The notes beneath the pieces are model-generated. The model was not told where the DNA came from and did no database searches. It worked only from the letters and a program-made list of their open reading frames with translations. A program made the position numbers and the translations under genes. This document shows, piece by piece, positions 56,593-64,000 of a stretch of DNA of 64,000 nucleotides; the stretch's first letter is position 1, and each line of letters begins with the position of its first letter. Source of the DNA: Solobacterium sp. (GTDB lineage: Bacteria > Bacillota_I > Bacilli_A > Erysipelotrichales > Erysipelotrichaceae). The stretch is from NCBI RefSeq assembly GCF_015256775.1, contig NZ_JABZLM010000006.1, one strand, 5' to 3'.

Positions 56593-57522
56593 TTATAATG
56601 TAAGGCTTCCTTTTATTTTGTTACGTAGTCTTTCTGGAAGTAATGATGAGTATTCATCTATTTCATGCATTTTCATCCAGATAATTGTCTTTTTCAGTTT
56701 TTCTAAGAATATACTATTTTCAGTGGTTTGGCACAATTCTTCCAATTTATCTGTAGCATCTTCTTTAAAATATATTGCTTTTAATATTATCTCTCCATAA
56801 AGATATAGCGAAGCATCAACATCCCACTTATCAAATTCAATCTCTCTTTGAAGAGTATGATGGTTATAATCCCATATCATTTTCTTTATGAGCAGATCTG
56901 CCTTTTTATAATCTTTATTATCGTCTTGATAAATATATTGTATTAAGGCTTGATGAATCGCGGGAGCATGTACATCTTGTAAGAGCGCCTGTTCGATATA
57001 TAGACTATAAAATAAGTAGTTAGCATTTTTACATATAGTATTGTTTTTTATCGCCAGAACAAACAGTAATGCACTGATACATATCAGATATAAATCATTG
57101 TGTGCCCAAAAAAATCCTACCAATAATAATGCGCAAATAAATATAAGTATCAGTAAAACTGTTCTTTCAAACCGGAGCAGTTTATTTTGATAAGTTTCCA
57201 GTGTGTCACTTTCTTCAATAACAGAACCGTTGAAGTCACTTGCCAATCCATCAATGGATTTATCAATCATCATCTTGTTATGGGCGAATCGAAAACAGAG
57301 GAAAATATAATTCGAGTTTTTAAAGATTAATTTTACTGTTATCGCAGAAATAAATCGTATAAATATCCAACCAATCATGATAAATGCAATCAATTGAATA
57401 TAATCAATTAGATATTCCCTATATATTCTTAGCGGCCTAGCAATATTCTCCAAATACAATACTAATAGAAAAGTTGATGTTGCTAAAACATCTAAAATAT
57501 AATATCTTTTTCTCTTCATCAT
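56593..57522 (-). CDS. hypothetical polytopic membrane protein (AT-rich islet)
   Basis: 309 aa, about 4 TM helices, and a C-terminal soluble region. No recognisable family. Strongly AT-biased codon usage. Confidence 0.45.
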   Translation of the reverse strand: MMKRKRYYILDVLATSTFLLVLYLENIARPLRIYREYLIDYIQLIAFIMIGWIFIRFISAITVKLIFKNSNYIFLCFRFAHNKMMIDKSIDGLASDFNGSVIEESDTLETYQNKLLRFERTVLLILIFICALLLVGFFWAHNDLYLICISALLFVLAIKNNTICKNANYLFYSLYIEQALLQDVHAPAIHQALIQYIYQDDNKDYKKADLLIKKMIWDYNHHTLQREIEFDKWDVDASLYLYGEIILKAIYFKEDATDKLEELCQTTENSIFLEKLKKTIIWMKMHEIDEYSSLLPERLRNKIKGSLTL

Positions 57523-57548
57523 ATTTTCCTTAGTTTAATATTAGAAAA

Positions 57549-57869
57549 TCACTTATGCTCATACATTAAAATCATTAACAGAATGATTGCTATAAAACAT
57601 CCTAAAACAAATAATATCTTTCCTTTTCTTGAGTGGAATATCTTATTTTTATTTGGATTATTCTTGATAGAAAGCATATATGTAACAATTGATATAGCCA
57701 ATAATCCAAAAGATCCAAGAAAACCAAGAAAACCAAGAATATCAAATCTTTCGTATTTACTAAAAAATGTTCCGACAGCGTAGGAAATCATCAAACTTAT
57801 AAAAGAGATAATCTCATATTTAGTGTGTTTCTTTATCTTAAATTTTTTTAGCATAAATATCCCCTTCAC
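57549..57869 (-). CDS. hypothetical small 3-TM membrane protein
   Basis: 106 aa. Contains a LGFLGFLGS repeat encoded by three tandem ccaagaaaa units (57713-57739). Confidence 0.4.
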   Translation of the reverse strand: MKGIFMLKKFKIKKHTKYEIISFISLMISYAVGTFFSKYERFDILGFLGFLGSFGLLAISIVTYMLSIKNNPNKNKIFHSRKGKILFVLGCFIAIILLMILMYEHK

Positions 57870-58122
57870 ATAATTATTCGGTGATACTAATTCTATATTT
57901 CTCTGTCAATTGAATTGTCTTTAAAATACTTGCTTATTTTTTATCACATTAATACACATTCAGTATTTTGTCAAAATTATTCATTTGCGTTATCTTTACT
58001 AAATCAGAATACTATATCCTAAATATCTCTAGCATGAATATAACAGAAGATATTTCATCAAAGCGGTTTGAAAATACCATCTTTTTCTTTATGATTATGT
58101 TAGTGAAAAAGAGGAACATCAT

Positions 58123-59001
58123 ATGTCACAAGAAATCTATGTAAAACCCAAGAAAGTTACAGCCTTAAATATCCTACTTATCTTAATTGGATCATCCTTA
58201 TATGCATTATCAGTCAACTTCTTCTTAGTACCTTTAAAGCTTTACTCTGGTGGAGTGCCTGGTACAGCCCAGATGTTACGTACATTATTCTTTTCCAATA
58301 TTCAAAATGTAGATACAGCAGGTATTATCAACCTTGCGTTTAATATTCCACTCTTTCTTCTCGCTTTAAAGACAATGAAGAAACGCATGGTTGTAGGAAC
58401 AGTGCTATCTGTAGCCTTACAGACAATTATCTTTACATATATTATTGCGCCTACTGTGCCTATCCTCGATGATAAACTTGCATGCATTGTGATTGCTGGA
58501 TTATTAGGTGGTGTTGGATGTGGACTAATACTTACCAATAGCGCAAGTGCAGGAGGTTTAGATTTATTAGGCCTATATCTAAGCCATAAGTCAAAGAAGA
58601 TTTCTGTTGGAATCTTTAATATTATTTACAATATTATTCTCTATACATTAATGGCAATATTATTTGATGTATCAACCGCGCTATATTCGATTATCTATAT
58701 CGTTGTATTCTCTGTGACGATTGATCGTTGGCATTATCAAAACATTGAAGTTGAACTAATGATTTTCACACATGTGCCTGAAGTGAAAGAGATGATCATG
58801 CATGAATACGCAAGAGGTGTTACCTGCTGGGATGGTAAGGGTGCTTATACCAATCAACAAACAGAAGTACTCGTAACAATTGTCGCAAAAAGTGAGGTAT
58901 CTTCTGTCCAAAGAGAGATTCGAAAACTTGATCCAAATGCCTTCGTAATCGCACATACACGTGTTTCTGTATCTGGAGGTTATCAAAAACGCCTTGTATA
59001 A
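58123..59001 (+). CDS. YitT-family membrane protein (DUF161 plus C-terminal DUF2179)
   Basis: Typical YitT N-terminal membrane repeats (LYSGGVPG) and a soluble C-terminal domain. Confidence 0.65.
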   Translation: MSQEIYVKPKKVTALNILLILIGSSLYALSVNFFLVPLKLYSGGVPGTAQMLRTLFFSNIQNVDTAGIINLAFNIPLFLLALKTMKKRMVVGTVLSVALQTIIFTYIIAPTVPILDDKLACIVIAGLLGGVGCGLILTNSASAGGLDLLGLYLSHKSKKISVGIFNIIYNIILYTLMAILFDVSTALYSIIYIVVFSVTIDRWHYQNIEVELMIFTHVPEVKEMIMHEYARGVTCWDGKGAYTNQQTEVLVTIVAKSEVSSVQREIRKLDPNAFVIAHTRVSVSGGYQKRLV

Positions 59002-59076
59002 CGCAAAAATACGTTAAATAGTGGAATTATTTTTTCTTTGTGATACATTTTGTAGTATAGAAATCGTGAGGAACAT

Positions 59077-59790
59077 ATGAAAACAACACATACAATTTTA
59101 ATTGTTGATGACGATGTCGATATTTTAGAAGCCCTAAAAATCTATTTATCCAAAGATGAGTATCAATTACTAACAGCTCGAAATGGAAAAGATGCAGTTG
59201 ATATCGTTAAGACAGAAGATGTTGATTTGGTATTAATGGATATTATGATGCCTATCATGGATGGTATTAAAGCGACAAAGGAAATTCGCAAACTTACAAA
59301 TATCCCAATTATTTTACTAACCGCAAAGAGTGAAGATCAGGATAAAGTAAACGGTCTTGATATTGGTGCAGATGACTATATCACAAAACCATTCAATCCA
59401 TCCGAAGTTTTAGCACGTGTTAACTCACAGTTAAGAAGATATCACCAACTTGGTGGTGTTAGTGCAGATACTGATGAACTTATGATTGGTGGAATCATTT
59501 TAGATGACACCACAAAGAAAGTATCTGTTGATGGTAATGAAGTCACGCTTACACCGATGGAGTTTGGTATTTTAAAGATGTTAATGAAACAGCCAGGAAA
59601 AGTATTTACTTCCGCTGAGATTTATAAAAATGTATGGAATGATGAACCAATTGGTAGCGAATCTGTTATCGCTGTTCATATCCGTCACTTACGTGAAAAG
59701 ATTGAGATTGATCCATCTGAGCCAAGATACATCAAAGTAGTTTGGGGACAAGGCTATAAGATGGAGGATAGTCATGAAAGAGCGCAATAA
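59077..59790 (+). CDS. OmpR-family response regulator
   Basis: Receiver domain (LIVDDD...LVLMDIMMP...ITKPF) plus a winged-helix domain. Confidence 0.85.
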   Translation: MKTTHTILIVDDDVDILEALKIYLSKDEYQLLTARNGKDAVDIVKTEDVDLVLMDIMMPIMDGIKATKEIRKLTNIPIILLTAKSEDQDKVNGLDIGADDYITKPFNPSEVLARVNSQLRRYHQLGGVSADTDELMIGGIILDDTTKKVSVDGNEVTLTPMEFGILKMLMKQPGKVFTSAEIYKNVWNDEPIGSESVIAVHIRHLREKIEIDPSEPRYIKVVWGQGYKMEDSHERAQ

Positions 59791-61753
59791 AAAAAGATTA
59801 CGTTCAAGTTATCTATGTAAAGTCATTGCATTCATCCTTTTTGCGCTTGCGGCAACAGCAGACATCGTTGGAATGAATGCAATTTCATACTTATCTACTG
59901 CAGGTGCTTATGATGGTATTTCTAAATATAGTGATACAGCAGACGCAAGGGCTCGAGCAGCAGTAACAGCTAATAACTATGTCTTATATGCATTAGATAT
60001 TAATACTAATTTTGTTGGCGACCAGTACAAAAGTTTCGACCGTGAAAACTCTAACCTTTCTGTCGAAATCTACGAAGTTGCCACAAATCAATTAATTCAT
60101 AAAAATTTTGATGTTGAAGAGTCCACACTACATGGTACCGCATATTTCTATGGTAATAATTCTGATGGTTACTTCCAAGACTACATCGAAAAAAATAATG
60201 AACCAACATACCGTATTGAATACTCCCTTGCGAAAGATTTAAACGCAAGAGATGACTTCTATTACTGTGACACAGTTTATAATCTTCAATATAGATTCCG
60301 CTATATCATATTCCCGATTGAGTTTTTTAGTATCATCATCCTTATCGGTTCTGTTATATTCCTATTCTATGGAGCAGGGCATGTAGATGATAAACCAGGT
60401 ATTACCTTATCGTGGATTGATAAAATACCACTTGATATCTTTGCCTTCATTGTTTTGATGGTTTGGACTTACGCAAGTTTTTATACATATAATAATGGCT
60501 TCCCCGATATCGCAATCAACTTCTATCAACAGGGATACTATTATGGCTTTGCGAAAGCAAGTATTATTAAATACATCATGGTAATTGTTGGAGGTGTAGT
60601 CCCATTCCTATACTTCACATTATTATTCTTCCTAAGTCTTGCGACACGCATTAAATATGGTAATTGGTATAAGAATACATTGATATACTATATCGGTACA
60701 ATCATCTCAGACCTTCTACAAATTGGTGGCTATTTCCCTGCCTTCTTACTAGGTTCCTTTGTGTTCTGGGTGGCTTTCTACTTCTTAGTACAGCTACAGT
60801 TATATGCATTATTAGGTCTCTTCTTATTTATCGCTTCCTACGCCCTTTTCTGGCGTGCATATGAAGCAGCTTTGTTAAAGAAGGCGATTCATAAATTCGC
60901 AAATGGAGAAACAGACTTCTCATTTCATACTTCAAGACTTTCTCATTTCTTCAAAATACAGGCACTTGACCTATATAAGATCAAAGATTTTGCGGAAGCA
61001 GCTGCTAAAAAATCTATTCGTGCAGAGCACTTGCAGAATGAATTAATCACAAATGTCAGTCATGATATTAAGACACCTCTTACCTCAATCATTAACTATG
61101 TACACCTCTTACAACATGTTGAAGATCCTGAGCAAGCCAAAAAATATATTGCGGTATTGGAGAAACAATCAAAACGTCTTCAAAAATTAACAGAAGATCT
61201 TATTGAAGCCTCTAAAGCAAGTACTGGTAATATTACGGTAAATATCATGCCTAATGATTTACATGAGTTACTTGAACAAGCTGTCGGTGAATATTCTGAT
61301 CGCTTTGACGCATGTAAACTAGAGATTGTGACAAGCATCCCAGAAAGTGCACGTTCTGTTATGGCAGATGGTAGACTTCTATGGCGTGTATTTTCTAATC
61401 TATTCTCTAACTTAGTGAAATATGCACAGCCAGAAACCAGAGTATATATCAATAGTGTCCGTACAATCGACAATAACATTATGATTTCAATTAAGAATGT
61501 AAGTCGTGAAGCACTCAACATTTCCGCAGAGGAATTAACGCAACGCTTTGTACGTGGTGATGAATCACGCCATAGCGAAGGCAGTGGTCTTGGCTTAAAT
61601 ATTGTAGAGAACCTAGTACACCTACAAAATGGTTATTTCAATATCGTTATTGATGGAGACCTCTTTAGAACAAATATTATCTTACCAGCAAAACCCGAAG
61701 AAGTTCCTACACAGGATTCTTCGGCAGAATCTAACGTATTCGATAAAGATTAA
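59774..61753 (+). CDS. sensor histidine kinase with a large multi-TM sensor region
   Basis: About 8 TM helices, then H-box SHDIKTPLTSI, N box and G box (GSGLGLNI). Confidence 0.8.
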   Translation: MKERNKKRLRSSYLCKVIAFILFALAATADIVGMNAISYLSTAGAYDGISKYSDTADARARAAVTANNYVLYALDINTNFVGDQYKSFDRENSNLSVEIYEVATNQLIHKNFDVEESTLHGTAYFYGNNSDGYFQDYIEKNNEPTYRIEYSLAKDLNARDDFYYCDTVYNLQYRFRYIIFPIEFFSIIILIGSVIFLFYGAGHVDDKPGITLSWIDKIPLDIFAFIVLMVWTYASFYTYNNGFPDIAINFYQQGYYYGFAKASIIKYIMVIVGGVVPFLYFTLLFFLSLATRIKYGNWYKNTLIYYIGTIISDLLQIGGYFPAFLLGSFVFWVAFYFLVQLQLYALLGLFLFIASYALFWRAYEAALLKKAIHKFANGETDFSFHTSRLSHFFKIQALDLYKIKDFAEAAAKKSIRAEHLQNELITNVSHDIKTPLTSIINYVHLLQHVEDPEQAKKYIAVLEKQSKRLQKLTEDLIEASKASTGNITVNIMPNDLHELLEQAVGEYSDRFDACKLEIVTSIPESARSVMADGRLLWRVFSNLFSNLVKYAQPETRVYINSVRTIDNNIMISIKNVSREALNISAEELTQRFVRGDESRHSEGSGLGLNIVENLVHLQNGYFNIVIDGDLFRTNIILPAKPEEVPTQDSSAESNVFDKD

Positions 61754-61786
61754 AGATGGAGATTACACTATTCTCCATCTTTTCTC

Positions 61787-64000
61787 TTATTCAATTTCGA
61801 TTGCTTGGTCATGATGTACAGACCATGCATACGCATCAATTGTTTTATCTGGGTAAATCAATTGTAATGCTCTTCTGTATGTATTGATTTGTTCTGTATA
61901 CAACGATTTGATTTTAGATAATTCTGCGTTATCCGTCTTAAAATCAATCAAGATAATTCTATCTTCTAAGATTGACACAAAGTCCATAATTCCATGTATC
62001 TTTTCTTTCTCTGTTTGTACATAGAAAGGATATTCATGATGAATTTCACCTTCTACAGCTTGGTGATAAATCGTTGAATTACCGAATGCTAGCAGATGTT
62101 TTAATTCTGTTGCAGATATACTTAAGAATGTTAAATCATCTGCGTTAAATAATCTAGAAGGAAGTTCTTCAAAACATGCATGAATGCGTGTACCATATTC
62201 TCTCCCAGCGTTTGTTTCTGTTAAGTCTAATGCTGGTAAACTACTACCAAACTCAGTAGAACTTGGGGTTAATACTTCCTTCTCTTCTATGCTTGTATAT
62301 CCATAGTGTGGTAGTTTCGTAACGGTCTCTGTTTCTTTATGTTCTAGGAATACATTCCATGATGGATCAATATCCACCTGCTTCATAATTGGTTCATTTG
62401 CCATTGTGCTAAGAATCAATCCAGACATACCATTACGAATAAGTAAATCACCTAGCATGAACTTCTTCCCACGATATGGGATTGGTTTTGGTAATGCATC
62501 TACGATATATAGTCTTCGTACTGCACGTGTAACTGCTACGTATAAGATACGAATAAATTCTTCCGCATCTTCGAGATTTGCTTTATATTCGATTGCACGT
62601 TTATGAATTGTCTTTCGTTTTGCACGATATGGATTTGTACATAAGAAGTTTAATCCTAAATATAAATCATCATCGACGTTGACTGCTTCTGCGCTGTCTC
62701 TAAACTGATTTGTCGCATTACTCCATAGGAATACATACTTATATTGCAATCCCTTCGAATGGTGAATTGTTGTGACAGTAACGATATCATCTGCCGACCC
62801 TTTTGAAACAGCTTCATTCGATACTTCGTCTTCAACTGCTTTTAATGCATTTAAGAATTCCGCTACAGAATTGTACTTCGCAGATACTGTCATTTCAAAT
62901 AGATAATCAAAGTTTGACTGTTGACTGATATTTAAACGATTGAAGTACGTATTATGATTCGCAAGTTCTGATAACATTCTTGGAATACCATAGGTATCCG
63001 CAATTTCTTTATACATCTGTAAATCATCATAGATACCAAACTCTTTGGCAACTGCTTTGATTGAACCCAGTCGTATCTTTGCCTTGGCAATCTCTTCATC
63101 ACTATAGTTGTAGAGATTAGAAACCATGCATGCAAATAGAGCTGAATCCGCTTCTTCGTCTAACATAGCAGTACATAATGCGATGACTGTCTGACATAAT
63201 TCTGAACGATAGAATCCCTCACGTGTATCAATGCTGTAAGGAATTCCCTTCGCTTCAAAGGCTGCTTTCAAATATGCTTTATCACCATGACTTCGTAAAA
63301 GTATCGCAAAGTCATGGAAAGATGGTAACTTTGTATCATTCTTCTTTGCAAGTTCAAGTTCTTGATTATAGGTATCAATAATCTTATTGGCAATCCAGTT
63401 TGCCTTAATCATTTTGATATCCTCATCTTCGTCCTCATCATCACTGACAATCGATGTTTTATTCTTCGGAGTATAACTTGCAAACTCAATGAGTGCATCT
63501 GGACTATCATTCTTTGGGAACCAGTCAACGATATCATCTTCACCATACTTTTCTGTACTCTCTTTTACATTCATAATCTTTTGAAAGAGTATGTTTGTAA
63601 ATTGAATAATACGTGCATCTGAACGGTAGTTTCTAGATAGGATAATCTTCGCTGATTGCCTTGATGTATCAATTGTTTCTTCAACAATCTTTTCTGACTC
63701 ATTTAATTTAGAACGCATTAGCGCAGGCTTTGCCTGACGGAAACGATAGATAGATTGTTTCGTGTCACCTACCCGGAAGATACAGTTAGGGCTAGCAATC
63801 ATCTCAATAATTGTATCCTGTAGTTTACTTGTGTCTTGGAACTCATCAATCATGACTTCTTGTAAGTTATCGCGGATAACCTTCGCAACATTTTCATGTT
63901 TGAGGATTTCGTATGCATATCGTTCCATATCAGAGAAATACATCGCAGTATTTTCTTGTTTGATACGCACACAATTTTGATATGTATTCTTCGCTAGATT
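61787..64000 (-). CDS. addA: ATP-dependent helicase/nuclease subunit A (AddA/RexA), C-terminal part. The N-terminal part lies beyond the window end.
   Basis: UvrD-like helicase C-terminal motifs (VTTIHHSKGLQYKYVF, VAVTRA) plus a C-terminal PD-(D/E)xK nuclease region (IDFKTD). Confidence 0.7.
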   Translation of the reverse strand, partial: NLAKNTYQNCVRIKQENTAMYFSDMERYAYEILKHENVAKVIRDNLQEVMIDEFQDTSKLQDTIIEMIASPNCIFRVGDTKQSIYRFRQAKPALMRSKLNESEKIVEETIDTSRQSAKIILSRNYRSDARIIQFTNILFQKIMNVKESTEKYGEDDIVDWFPKNDSPDALIEFASYTPKNKTSIVSDDEDEDEDIKMIKANWIANKIIDTYNQELELAKKNDTKLPSFHDFAILLRSHGDKAYLKAAFEAKGIPYSIDTREGFYRSELCQTVIALCTAMLDEEADSALFACMVSNLYNYSDEEIAKAKIRLGSIKAVAKEFGIYDDLQMYKEIADTYGIPRMLSELANHNTYFNRLNISQQSNFDYLFEMTVSAKYNSVAEFLNALKAVEDEVSNEAVSKGSADDIVTVTTIHHSKGLQYKYVFLWSNATNQFRDSAEAVNVDDDLYLGLNFLCTNPYRAKRKTIHKRAIEYKANLEDAEEFIRILYVAVTRAVRRLYIVDALPKPIPYRGKKFMLGDLLIRNGMSGLILSTMANEPIMKQVDIDPSWNVFLEHKETETVTKLPHYGYTSIEEKEVLTPSSTEFGSSLPALDLTETNAGREYGTRIHACFEELPSRLFNADDLTFLSISATELKHLLAFGNSTIYHQAVEGEIHHEYPFYVQTEKEKIHGIMDFVSILEDRIILIDFKTDNAELSKIKSLYTEQINTYRRALQLIYPDKTIDAYAWSVHHDQAIEIE

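Noticed and set aside
1-64000. Search for CRISPR arrays, rRNA, tRNA and transposase or integrase genes
   Set aside because: I saw no spacer-repeat periodicity, no tRNA-like T-arm or anticodon-arm signatures, and no DDE or tyrosine-recombinase ORFs. The only short repeats I noted are the duplicated 22-bp terminator hairpin (52130 and 52494) and the dispersed ACATGCATGCAC motif copies. Apart from the possible XRE/GH25 lysis-cassette remnant at 19466-21316 and the compositionally deviant AT-rich islet at 56593-57869 discussed in findings, I saw no mobile-element boundaries.

Overview
This window looks like a densely coded chromosomal segment from a low-GC Firmicutes (Bacillota)-type genome. I can support about 60 protein-coding genes from the ORF track and motif reading. 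I could not find rRNA, tRNA, CRISPR arrays, integrases or transposases. Recognisable housekeeping blocks are ktrB-ktrA, miaA-mutL, yigZ, tmk-holB-yaaT(ricT)-rsmI, a PerR-like regulator with rubrerythrin, a large M16 peptidase, and a partial addA at the 3' edge. The accessory content is as follows. (i) A TPP-riboswitch-controlled operon on the minus strand, with the riboswitch read directly from conserved THI-element sequence. It carries an ECF S-component, a Cof-type HAD phosphatase and a Gfo/Idh/MocA oxidoreductase, and is followed by an EcfT-EcfA pair. (ii) An AraC-regulated FecCD-type iron-siderophore ABC importer with an esterase. (iii) A sulfur-related operon: YeeE/YedE, an APC permease, and a CoA-disulfide reductase with a rhodanese domain. 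(iv) A 2TM membrane protein translationally coupled to a 714-aa protein with two AAA+ domains, one degenerate and one CbxX/SpoVK-type. It lies beside a membrane-anchored Ig-like protein with a lysozyme-like domain, and is my top candidate for an undescribed system. (v) Two half-size ChrA genes separated by a CydDC-like ABC exporter pair, a YgbA-like protein and a DUF454-like membrane protein. (vi) A TlpA-like thioredoxin lipoprotein, a NapH-like polyferredoxin and a 54-aa membrane peptide, divergent from a two-component system. (vii) A 55-aa hydrophobic peptide gene lying between two copies of an identical terminator hairpin. (viii) An AT-rich two-gene membrane-protein islet. I also noticed a strongly over-represented palindromic motif (core CATGCATG; 12-mer ACATGCATGCAC) that forms a perfect 16-bp-arm palindrome near 13.8 kb and a convergent pair near 31.5 kb. 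There is also a roughly 500-bp ORF-free, GC-richer intergenic block at 40.3-40.8 kb. All family assignments are from reading motifs in the translations; no database search was run.
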